Source: Candidatus Woesebacteria bacterium RIFCSPHIGHO2_01_FULL_39_32
GTDB taxonomy: Bacteria > Patescibacteriota > Microgenomatia > UBA8517
Length of the DNA: 64,000 bases
Reading direction: 5' to 3'
NCBI GenBank assembly: GCA_001792345.1
Contig: MGGJ01000006.1
Coordinates: 22,656-86,655 of the forward strand
Below the pieces are notes generated by a model. It ran no database searches, was not told where the DNA came from, and saw only the letters and a list, made by a program, of their open reading frames with translations. Both the position numbers and the translations under genes were made by a program. Position 1 is the first letter of the stretch; every line of letters starts with the position of its first letter. Shown here piece by piece: positions 37,730 to 46,155 of the stretch.

Positions 37730-38656
37730 TTACTGGAAAAGGTTTCCTTGATTTTCATCGACAACACTTTTTCCAACATCTTTTACTCTTTGCGTAAGAG
37801 TCTTAAATCCGTAGGAGGAAAAAAGGGCAATTAGTTGAGGGCTATCGACTTGCCATCTCTTTGTTTTTTCCAAGTCGCTATCTAATTCCACATTTGTTAC
37901 AATTTGTGCGAGTTTCAAGGATAGATATGCGCTCTCTTTTCCATCTTCTAGTTTTTTAAGAGCAGATTCATTGATTTCATTTAAATGTTCATAAATTCCC
38001 TGCAAGGTTCCGAACCTTGTTAATAAATCAATTGCTGTTTTTGGCCCGATTCCGGCAACTCCGGGGTAATTATCAGACGGATCCCCGACTAAAGCTTTAT
38101 AGTCAGGAATCTGAACAGGCTTGACTCCAAGTTTTTCAACAACATCGTCTGATTTCATTAATTTCGCGTCAGACAAGCCTCTTACCGGCAGATAAACTCT
38201 CACTTTCCTTTTATCGTCCACTAGCTGCAATATATCTCTATCGCCCGTAACAATGACGACCTCGTCGATACTTTGCGCTTTGTCCTTTGCGCTTTGTCCT
38301 TGATCGGCAATACTGCCGAGCAAGTCGTCCGCTTCAAACCCGGCCATTTCAAAAAACGGAATATTCATAGCGGAAAGTACATCCTTTGCTTTTTCGAATT
38401 GGCCCGACAATTCCTTATCCATTGCAGGTCTTTGAGCCTGGTATTTTGGAAATTCTTTATGCCTAAAAGTCGGTTCTTTCCGATCGAAGCAAACCGCAAT
38501 ATGAGTAGGTTTCAAATCCTGAATTACTCTTAATAGCATTGACGTAAGTCCATATACAGCATTTATTGGTTCTCCCCTTTTGGTAGTCAAAGGCGGAAGT
38601 GCATGATATGCGCGGTGAAGAATCGCATTACCGTCAATTAGAACGAGCTTTGACAT
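37730..38656 (-). CDS. Stand-alone 5'-3' exonuclease (PolA N-terminal domain)
   Basis: LIDGNAILHRAYHA, FEADD, TGDRD, GDPSDNYPGVAGIGPKTA; no polymerase domain. Confidence 0.93.
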   Translation of the reverse strand: MSKLVLIDGNAILHRAYHALPPLTTKRGEPINAVYGLTSMLLRVIQDLKPTHIAVCFDRKEPTFRHKEFPKYQAQRPAMDKELSGQFEKAKDVLSAMNIPFFEMAGFEADDLLGSIADQGQSAKDKAQSIDEVVIVTGDRDILQLVDDKRKVRVYLPVRGLSDAKLMKSDDVVEKLGVKPVQIPDYKALVGDPSDNYPGVAGIGPKTAIDLLTRFGTLQGIYEHLNEINESALKKLEDGKESAYLSLKLAQIVTNVELDSDLEKTKRWQVDSPQLIALFSSYGFKTLTQRVKDVGKSVVDENQGNLFQ

Positions 38657-38671
38657 TATGAAGATGTTTTA

Positions 38672-40558
38672 CTACTTACCACCATTCTTCTTCCCCACAA
38701 TTTTCTCAAAATCATCTCTATCAAGAGTTTCTTTTACTAGAAGTCCGTCTACCACCTTGTCCAAAATCTTTCTTTGACCTTTGACAATCTCCACTGCTTC
38801 TTTATACGCAACATCAATAATCTTTCCAATTTCCTTATCAATTTTTTCCTGCATAGCTTGGGAAACCTGAGCGGGTTCGTACCACTGAGCTTTCCCCATT
38901 TCGTCGATATCGTACTGGGGTCCTAAGTTAACCGGACCCAAATCACTCATTCCGAAATCCACAACCATCGCGCGTGCAAGCCTAGTTGCCTGCTCAATAT
39001 CATTAGAAGCTCCGGATGTCATCTCGTCAAAAACTAATTTTTCTGCTGCACGACCCCCAAGCATTGCCGTTATTTGCTGAAGTATTCTGGTTTTTGTTTC
39101 GTGTGTTCTATCAGCGGCAGGTGGTATTAACGTATGCCCAAGACTCATTCCTCTAGCAACAATTGAGATTCTGTGTACCGGATCCATTTTGGGTAAATTG
39201 TGAGTTACTATCGCGTGCCCCGCTTCATGATAAGCTGTAATTTTTTTATCTTCCTCGCTTTGTAATTTTCTTTTCGCAGGACCCAGTTTTACCTTGGTCG
39301 CCGCTTCTTCAATATCACTCATGTTCATTTCTTTTTTATCCTGACGTGCAGCATAAATGGCGGCTTCGTTTAGCATATTTTCAAGATCAGCCCCGGAAAA
39401 ACCGACGGTCCTATCCGCAACTCTTCCCCAGTTGATATCTTTTGCAAGTTTCTTGCCCCTGGCGTGGATTTTAAGAATTGCTTCTCTCCCTTCTTTGTCA
39501 GGCATGTCAAGAAGCACTCGCCTGTCAAATCTACCGGGACGCAAAAGTGCCGGATCCAGTAGATCACCACGGTTTGTTGCAGCAACAACAACAACGTTAT
39601 CATTAGGAGTAAAACCATCCATCTCAACTAAAATTTGATTCAGAGTTTGTTCCCTCTCATCATGTCCGCCAACGAATCCTCGTCCGCGCTGTCGCCCTAT
39701 CGCGTCAATTTCGTCTATAAAAATAATTGAGGGGGCGCTAGTCTTTGCGGTTGCAAAAAGATCACGAACGCGGCTTGCTCCAACTCCGACTAACATTTCC
39801 ATGAATTCAGAGCCTGCCATAGAGAAGAATGGTACACCAGATTCGCCCGCCACCGCACGGGCAAGAAGCGTTTTTCCAACTCCAGCTGGTCCAAAAAGAA
39901 TTACTCCCTTTGGAGTTCGAGCACCAATTTTTCTGTATTTTGCTGGGTTTTTCAAAAAATCAACTATCTCTTCCAACTCTTTTTTGGCATCCTCTACTCC
40001 AGCTACGTCTTTAAAAGTTACTGATTGCTTACCCTTAGCAAAAAGTCTTGCCCGGGATCGTCCGAATGAAAAAATATCCTGTGCACCCTTTGTCTGAGCC
40101 CGAATTATAAAAAAGAAAAAAACTGCCATGAGACCCAAAGGTAAAACTATGCTTAGAACTTCACCAACCGCCTTTGTGAGTGACTGATCGGCTACAGTGT
40201 ATTTTACGTCTATCGGATTGACCTCAAACTTTTCTATAAGCTCAGCGAAACTTTCAGTGGACTCTTTCGTTGCACTTTTAATTGACCCGTCCTCATAAGT
40301 CAAAATTAGCTTGTCATTCTGAACAACAATTTCTTTTACTTTACCATCCTTAATGTCGCTTAGAGCCTGTGAAGTCTCAACATTTCCTTCTGTTTTTCCA
40401 AATTGAGCTACAGAAAGAATGAAAGGAAGGAAAAAAAGAATAAGAAAGAAGGCAACTAGTGCTTTCCAGAGATTAATTCTCAGTTTAAACTCGAACTTTT
40501 TTTTGTTGTTTGTATCTTTTTTAAATTTTGATTTTCGGATTGCGTGTAATGGATCCAT
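38672..40558 (-). CDS. ftsH: ATP-dependent zinc metalloprotease FtsH
   Basis: [31 protein letters not shown]. Confidence 0.98.
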   Translation of the reverse strand: MDPLHAIRKSKFKKDTNNKKKFEFKLRINLWKALVAFFLILFFLPFILSVAQFGKTEGNVETSQALSDIKDGKVKEIVVQNDKLILTYEDGSIKSATKESTESFAELIEKFEVNPIDVKYTVADQSLTKAVGEVLSIVLPLGLMAVFFFFIIRAQTKGAQDIFSFGRSRARLFAKGKQSVTFKDVAGVEDAKKELEEIVDFLKNPAKYRKIGARTPKGVILFGPAGVGKTLLARAVAGESGVPFFSMAGSEFMEMLVGVGASRVRDLFATAKTSAPSIIFIDEIDAIGRQRGRGFVGGHDEREQTLNQILVEMDGFTPNDNVVVVAATNRGDLLDPALLRPGRFDRRVLLDMPDKEGREAILKIHARGKKLAKDINWGRVADRTVGFSGADLENMLNEAAIYAARQDKKEMNMSDIEEAATKVKLGPAKRKLQSEEDKKITAYHEAGHAIVTHNLPKMDPVHRISIVARGMSLGHTLIPPAADRTHETKTRILQQITAMLGGRAAEKLVFDEMTSGASNDIEQATRLARAMVVDFGMSDLGPVNLGPQYDIDEMGKAQWYEPAQVSQAMQEKIDKEIGKIIDVAYKEAVEIVKGQRKILDKVVDGLLVKETLDRDDFEKIVGKKNGGK

Positions 40559-40633
40559 ATTTAGTGAGTGTCCAAAGTGATTAGTAATATTACGAGGGTA
40601 ATATTAGCAGAAAAGGTGCTAGGTTGCTAGTTT

Positions 40634-41008
40634 TCAAATAATTTTTGTGCCTGGAATAACTTCGCGATCAACGACTAAGAGCACGGCTTCTTTATCTCCG
40701 TCTTTATTTTCCGGGGCAGCAGCAACAAGCATTCCTTGAGATTCTTCACTTTCACCCACCGAAGTATTGACGAAGGAGGGCATCTTCTTTGGCTCAATAT
40801 TCACGAGGTACGGTAACAGTTTCCCTACCAAATCTTCCGGTTTATACCACTTTTTGATCCCAGAAAAAATGATCCTTTGACCCAGTTTGGGACCAAAATC
40901 CACTACACAGCGAATGAGCTTATCACTCCCCTCGATCTCGGTTGCCTCAACAACCTTTCCGATTCTTATATCCAGTTTCTGAAAGTCTTCAATTGTTATC
41001 GTTTCCAT
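40634..41008 (-). CDS. tRNA-binding OB-fold protein (MetRS C-terminal/CsaA/Trbp111-like)
   Basis: EDFQKLDIRIGKV, SDKL, R.IFSGI, ESQGML. Confidence 0.9.
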   Translation of the reverse strand: METITIEDFQKLDIRIGKVVEATEIEGSDKLIRCVVDFGPKLGQRIIFSGIKKWYKPEDLVGKLLPYLVNIEPKKMPSFVNTSVGESEESQGMLVAAAPENKDGDKEAVLLVVDREVIPGTKII

Positions 41009-41009
41009 A

Positions 41010-41585
41010 TTAATAATTATCGGGATTAGAAAGACGCTTGTCTATATTAATAAGTTTTCTAATATATTCTGACATATTAATTCCCTCCTTTTTTGCTGCT
41101 TTTTTAAGATAATCAACTTGATGAGGATATAAAAACATATTAAACCTTTTGGTAAGAGTAAGCTGCCTAACCTTTGCCAGAAAATCCTGAATAATTGGCC
41201 TAATAGTTGTTTTCGTGTATTTTGCACCAAAAAAATAATCATTAAAAATTCTTTTACTCAAATCTTCATTTATAGAAAGAACTAAAACGGGCTTTTTTTC
41301 GCTTATTGCAAACATTGCCTCATGTCCAACTTGGAAATCTTCATTAGATACTTCAACAACAATCGCATCTGCTTGGTGTATCCCTTGTCTAATTGCCTCG
41401 TAATGCAAAAGCTTAGGATTATCTGAAAGTTTCAGACGAACTCTATCGCTTAAAAGATCCTTATAATTGCCAATCTCCGTGCCAATCAACGTAATATCGA
41501 ACCCCTTGAGGGTACTAAGAACCAAATCATAATATTTTTGGTACTTTTTCTTCCCAAAAAATGATGCTGTATAAAAAATTATCAT
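41010..41585 (-). CDS. Nucleoside 2-deoxyribosyltransferase-like domain fused to a ribbon-helix-helix domain (putative regulator)
   Basis: ADAIVVEVS....VGHE..FAI..KKPVLVL; C-terminal KRFNMFL.....YLKKAAKKEGINMSEYIRKLI. Confidence 0.75.
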   Translation of the reverse strand: MIIFYTASFFGKKKYQKYYDLVLSTLKGFDITLIGTEIGNYKDLLSDRVRLKLSDNPKLLHYEAIRQGIHQADAIVVEVSNEDFQVGHEAMFAISEKKPVLVLSINEDLSKRIFNDYFFGAKYTKTTIRPIIQDFLAKVRQLTLTKRFNMFLYPHQVDYLKKAAKKEGINMSEYIRKLINIDKRLSNPDNY

Positions 41586-41590
41586 ACATA

Positions 41591-41720
41591 TCCACGGCTA
41601 AAGCCGTGATTCTCTTACTACATTTGCTTTCGGCAAATGAATTTCATGAGTTCAATCCATCCACGCATAAGCAAAGCTTGGCCACGCTCAGCGTGGTAAA
41701 TACGTGGTCTTCTTGAACCT
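41591..41720. mobile_element. IS200/IS605-derived miniature palindromic element
   Basis: CCACGGCTAAAGCCGTG hairpin, CATTTGC-TTTCG-GCAAATG and nested CCACG...CGTGG hairpins. Confidence 0.5.
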
Positions 41721-41804
41721 AGTGCAAAAATTCCTTACATATATACATATCAAAATCCTTGATTATTAAACCTATAGGTTATATTATAGCACACAAACAT
41801 ACAT

Positions 41805-42659
41805 ATGAAACAAGTACGTCTCGCTGACACAATTAAAGTTATCTCGGCGTTTGCACTATGGAGCATGCTGGCCATATTTTTTAATAAAGTCACTCTTCCT
41901 GTAAGTGTGTACGTTGTGTTTGGTTCCTTGATTGCTCTTACTCTCCTTTATTTGTATTTTTATTTTGTTAACCATAGATTGCCACACTTTAAATACTCGC
42001 CTGCACTGTTGGGAATTTTTACAGTTGCTGCAGTCAAGGGTATTATTTGGTATCGAGCCCTCCAAATCTATCCTGTTGCTCAAGCAATGCTAATACATAA
42101 CCTTGCTCCTGTTGTAGCACTATTATTTGCTCCAATCTTAATCAAAGAGAAACCCCACTTTAACCATTTTATTGCAGTAATCACCGGATTTTTAGGTTTA
42201 AGTTTACTTTTACAATTTAATGGAGATAAAAATGCACTTATAAATTTGGGGGCAATATTTGCTCTTGGTGCTGCATTTGCATCGGGTCTTCAAGATATTT
42301 TTCATCGAAAACTTTCGCCTTCGGTTACTGGTCTAGAACAAGCATTTATTTTTGTTCTCGGACAAGCACTGGGTAGTGTAATTTTTCTACTTCCAAATCT
42401 TCCATCCACAATAACTTGGGTTGACCTATCTCATATAGCCATATTTGGTATCTTTGGAACTGCTATTCCAATTATTCTTCTTGCCAGCGCTTTCAAAAAA
42501 CTCAGGTCTTTTGAAGTTGCAACCTTAGGCTATACGGAACCTGCGCTGGGGGCTCTTTGGGGATCTTTGTTCTTGAAACAACCAATTCTTCCTTCAACGG
42601 CAATCGGAGGCCTACTTATATTCCTTTCCGGTCTTACTGCTATTCGTGAAGATAAATAA
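41805..42659 (+). CDS. EamA/DMT family transporter
   Basis: 10 TM helices; NLAPVVALLFAPILIKEK and GYTEP..G.LWG.LFLKQ repeats. Confidence 0.92.
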   Translation: MKQVRLADTIKVISAFALWSMLAIFFNKVTLPVSVYVVFGSLIALTLLYLYFYFVNHRLPHFKYSPALLGIFTVAAVKGIIWYRALQIYPVAQAMLIHNLAPVVALLFAPILIKEKPHFNHFIAVITGFLGLSLLLQFNGDKNALINLGAIFALGAAFASGLQDIFHRKLSPSVTGLEQAFIFVLGQALGSVIFLLPNLPSTITWVDLSHIAIFGIFGTAIPIILLASAFKKLRSFEVATLGYTEPALGALWGSLFLKQPILPSTAIGGLLIFLSGLTAIREDK

Positions 42660-42727
42660 CTTAAGTCAGCCCCATTTTCTCCTTCACTTCTTTAACAGTT
42701 TCATGACAATTTTCTACTGCACATTTA

Positions 42728-44206
42728 TTACCTACTTAACTTGTTAGTAATCCCAACCACCCGATACACTTCTCTCATTGTTTCTTTTGCAACCTTTCTT
42801 GCTTTTTCAGCTCCTTTTTCTAAAATTTCTTTCGCCAGCTCAATATCATTCTCGAGATCTCTCCTCTTCCTTCTTGCTTCACTGAATTTACGCTTATGAG
42901 CCTCAAAGAGTTTCTCTTTCACCTCAACATCGCCGACTTTTCCTTCTCGATATCTTCTTTTCAAATTTTCCACTTCATCTTTATCATCATTTACAATGTC
43001 ATGATAAATAAATATGGGATTGCCTTCTACGTTCCCCGGGTCGGTAGCATGTTTTCTATTTGGGTCAGTATAGCTTCCCACTATTTGACGCCTGATTACC
43101 TCTTCATCGTCAAAAATATTAATTATATTTCCCAGACTTTTACTCATTTTCCGCTCTCCGTCTGTCCCAACCACTTTACTTGCATTACCCTCCTGAATTA
43201 AAGGTTCTGGAATGGGAAAAGTTTCGCCATGAGCTATATTAAAAAATCTTGCTGTCTCACGGGCAAATTCGACGTGCTGCCTTTGATCCTCACCTACTGG
43301 TACCCCGCTCGGTTTATAAAGTAATATATCTGCAGCCATTAATATCGGATAGTTGAAAAGTCCCATATTTATACTTTCCTTGGAAACACCTTTGGCAAGT
43401 TTATCTTTAAAAGCATGCATTCTATTGGTTAAGCCAAACGGAATATAGTTTGCCAACACAATTGCGAGCATGCTATGTTCAGCTACATCTGACTGACGAA
43501 AGTAAATTCCTTTCTGGGGATCAAGTCCCAAAGCAATGTAGTCAAATACATTACTAATTATGCATCTTTCTAGCTTTTCTCTGTTTTGAATTGTAGTAAG
43601 CGCGTGCAGATCTGCAACGAAATAATATGATTCGACTCCTTTTTCCAACAAATCAAATTGCGGCTTTACTGCTCCTGCATAATTACCCAAGTGGAGAGTA
43701 CTCCCACTTGGAGTAATTCCTGACAAAACTCGTTCTATTGTGTGGTGTTCTTCTTTTGCAGTAAAATCACCAATCTTTGCGCTATTCACCTTCAATAAAT
43801 CTTCTGTTTTCATTTTTAAACCAAACAGCTTATGTCCAGTTCCATCATAGAAATAATCTACGTCCAGTAGTTTTTTATCCAAGTAAAGCGGAATTGAATG
43901 TCCCAGTGGTGGAACCAATCCCGGAGTCAAACCTAAACTTGCCAAATCTTCCTCCGTTGCAAAACTAAGCCTTTTAATTCCTAATGATTCTCTCAATTTT
44001 TTACTATTAACCTTGCTATCGCCTCTTCGGGATACTGCAATAAAACCATTTTCGGTTTTATAAATCATTGTGGCAAGTGCATGTTCCATGGTATCTCCGT
44101 AGAATTTCATATGAGACGGAACGTCCATAGCTAAATCTTCCGGTAAAGGAATAAATTCAAATTCTACATTCGCGTCTATTAATATTTTCTCAATTTTTTC
44201 TTTCAT
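42728..44206 (-). CDS. trpS: Tryptophanyl-tRNA synthetase with N-terminal YbaK/ProXp-like domain (the track start of 44227 is probably too long)
   Basis: SGITPSG.LHLGNY, ADLHALT, YPILMAADIL, VPVGEDQRQH, KMSKS; first ~150 aa carry KLR..LG...LSFAT and GLTPGLVPPLG of the YbaK fold. Confidence 0.95.
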   Translation of the reverse strand: MKEKIEKILIDANVEFEFIPLPEDLAMDVPSHMKFYGDTMEHALATMIYKTENGFIAVSRRGDSKVNSKKLRESLGIKRLSFATEEDLASLGLTPGLVPPLGHSIPLYLDKKLLDVDYFYDGTGHKLFGLKMKTEDLLKVNSAKIGDFTAKEEHHTIERVLSGITPSGSTLHLGNYAGAVKPQFDLLEKGVESYYFVADLHALTTIQNREKLERCIISNVFDYIALGLDPQKGIYFRQSDVAEHSMLAIVLANYIPFGLTNRMHAFKDKLAKGVSKESINMGLFNYPILMAADILLYKPSGVPVGEDQRQHVEFARETARFFNIAHGETFPIPEPLIQEGNASKVVGTDGERKMSKSLGNIINIFDDEEVIRRQIVGSYTDPNRKHATDPGNVEGNPIFIYHDIVNDDKDEVENLKRRYREGKVGDVEVKEKLFEAHKRKFSEARRKRRDLENDIELAKEILEKGAEKARKVAKETMREVYRVVGITNKLSR

Positions 44207-44214
44207 AATTATTA

Positions 44215-45318
44215 TTATACAGACCACTGTTTTACATGTTTGGTACCTTTTAGAAAATAAAAGGGGGCATCCTCGATGTCATCCTTAACATAGACGGCAG
44301 TGTACTGATCCGACTTCGAAAGTATATAGCCCAAAAATTCAATATCTGTTTTATCCGAACCCAAAACAGGAACTCCGTGGTGCGGATACAATCTAGTCCT
44401 ACGATGGATTGGATGGAATGAATAGATCCCCTGCCTTGAAATTGTTGACACGTATATAGATTCAGGAAAAGTACTTTTAACCATATTTAGATTTTTCTTA
44501 ACACTCTGAATTGCAAGGTATTTTATTGTTACTTCCAAGGCTTCATTAGATAAATACTGAAGAGTACTCAGCTGAAAACCAGTGAGGTCATTTAAGGTTC
44601 TGTTACCAAATCCAAAGACAACAAGAAGATCCTTGATCGGGATTTCCTCCATAATTGCCAAGCTTCTCATCATAACCGGAGAAAGCGACTCGATCATCTC
44701 CGATATTTCCTTAGAACTTCTGCTCGAACGCAGTTTATTTTCTTCCATGCGAATAAGTTCCCTAAAACCCGATTGGTCCGGCACTATATCCATAAAATCC
44801 ACAAAGTTAATTACGCCATTTAACTCCAACTTTTGACAAAATAAATCGCATTTTTCATCAAATACCATTACTTCTTCGGAGCTTGCACCGAACAGGTCTT
44901 GATAAGTCTTACCTTCAGTCAGAACTGTAAATTTAACACCAGGAGAATAAACCTGTTTGATAGTTGCATCAATATCACCAAGCCTAAGTAAAAACGAAAG
45001 TTCTCCTAAATCGGGAGTCCTCCGCAAAGTCTCAACAGGGTTATGGCATTTGAAAGGAAATGCCTGAAAAACAAATTCTATAGGCTTATTTCCGTTAACA
45101 AACCTAAGAATATCTAATTCCAATTCGGAAGTTACGGAATAATCAACCAAATTCCCTCTGCGAATTTTATTATCTGCAAGCATTCTGACAATTTCAGGAG
45201 TTATCTCATCACTAGGAATCGTTCTTACTAGAGGACGTGGATCCCTGACCAGGTGATCTATTCCGTCAACATATTCTTTATCAATATCGTTTCCCTCTAT
45301 AATTTCGTTAAAATTCAT
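44215..45318 (-). CDS. L-Tyr/L-Trp isocyanide (isonitrile) synthase family protein (PvcA/IsnA/Dit1)
   Basis: AFPFKCHNP, PDLGE..FL.RL, I..VYSPGVKFTVLTEG..YQDLFG and PHHGVPV follow the family motif order. Confidence 0.82.
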   Translation of the reverse strand: MNFNEIIEGNDIDKEYVDGIDHLVRDPRPLVRTIPSDEITPEIVRMLADNKIRRGNLVDYSVTSELELDILRFVNGNKPIEFVFQAFPFKCHNPVETLRRTPDLGELSFLLRLGDIDATIKQVYSPGVKFTVLTEGKTYQDLFGASSEEVMVFDEKCDLFCQKLELNGVINFVDFMDIVPDQSGFRELIRMEENKLRSSRSSKEISEMIESLSPVMMRSLAIMEEIPIKDLLVVFGFGNRTLNDLTGFQLSTLQYLSNEALEVTIKYLAIQSVKKNLNMVKSTFPESIYVSTISRQGIYSFHPIHRRTRLYPHHGVPVLGSDKTDIEFLGYILSKSDQYTAVYVKDDIEDAPFYFLKGTKHVKQWSV

Positions 45319-45391
45319 ACCAAACTAACCCCTGTCCGTTTTCAGGACTAGGGGCTCCTTTCCCTATAAATTGTTCATTATCTATTGCCAT
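45308..45391 (-). CDS. Putative 27-aa leader uORF MAIDNEQFIGKGAPSPENGQGLVWYEF
   Basis: ATG at 45391 to TAA at 45308; overlaps the synthase ATG and spans the CCCCTAGTCC/GGACAGGGG hairpin. Confidence 0.4.
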   Translation of the reverse strand: MAIDNEQFIGKGAPSPENGQGLVWYEF

Positions 45392-45536
45392 ATTGTTGTG
45401 TATTGATACACCCTCCTTACTGCAAAGCAGCAAGCTCTGCTTATCTCCGCACTCGGCTTTTCAATTCTATTTGAATACGCCTCGTGCCGATATTTATCGG
45501 AGGGTTGTGTACCATTTTTATAAATCAAAGGTACAC

Positions 45537-45582
45537 AAAAAAACCCTTGCAAAACCACCAAAAATTGATGATCTTACAAGGG
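45537..45582 (-). terminator. T-box terminator
   Basis: 17-bp stem CCCTTGTAAGATCATCA/TGGTGGTTTTGCAAGGG (with G-U pairs) plus T7; overlaps the 3' arm of the antiterminator. Confidence 0.85.
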
Positions 45583-45885
45583 CCTTCTTAGTATTCAAGT
45601 ACTGTATTTACTTACTACCTACTACTAACTACTTACTACTAATTTCGGCTGTGCCACCCTGTTTTACCGGCTCATTAAAAAATCCCCTCGCGGGGATGAA
45701 TATTTCTAATGAGTAAGTCTCATTCTTGACATTCTCCGCGTGTTTACACTGAGTGTAATCGAACGTGCGACAAATGTTGCAGACTTATTACGGTTTCGCC
45801 TCCGTGCTCGACATCCCTTTGACTTGGCTCAGGGTAGCCTTGCCAGCTATTCAAGGATCCCAATCAATCCTCTCAAAGCGTTTAT
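45537..45885 (-). promoter_or_regulatory. T-box riboswitch, Trp specifier, ultrashort stem I
   Basis: Stem I at 45846-45879 with GA motifs and TGG in the loop; CCGTAA stem IIA/B-like motif; stem III CTCATTA/TAATGAG; T-box CAGGG-TGGCACA-GCC pairing with GGC-CCTTG; competing terminator. Confidence 0.82.
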
Positions 45886-45893
45886 TGAAAAGT

Positions 45894-45922
45894 ATATTAA
45901 CAAAGATAAATTTAAAATGCAA
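45894..45922 (-). promoter_or_regulatory. Promoter of the T-box leader
   Basis: TTGCAT-17 bp-TAATAT with an extended -10 TG. Confidence 0.55.
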
Positions 45923-45925
45923 ATT

Positions 45926-46000
45926 TGGTGCCAGCGACTGGGATCGAACCAGTGACTTTTCGCTTATGAAACGAACGCTCTACCACTGAGCTACGCTGGC
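45926..46000 (-). tRNA. tRNA-Met (CAT), probably elongator; CCA encoded
   Basis: GCCAGCG acceptor, TTCGT-TTCATAA-GCGAA anticodon arm, GGTTCGATCC T arm, ACCA end. Confidence 0.92.
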
Positions 46001-46085
46001 TTACAATGCGAAGCAGTGCCGAGCTTTGCTTACAAGCGAAATTCTATCAAATTCTGTGGTATAATACTACTTGTTTTGAAATACA

Positions 46086-46155
46086 TGCGGGGTAGTGTAC
46101 GGCTGCACGGAAGGCTCATAATCTTCCAGGCTGGGTTCGACCCCCAGCCCCGCAA
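46086..46155 (+). tRNA. tRNA-Met (CAT), initiator-like
   Basis: TGCGGGG/CCCCGCA acceptor, GAAGG-CTCATAA-TCTTC anticodon arm, GGTTCGACCC. Confidence 0.85.

Noticed and set aside
45926-46000. tRNA-Ile2 (CAT, lysidine type)
   Set aside because: Cannot be excluded by eye, but a separate Ile(TAT) tRNA makes elongator Met more likely
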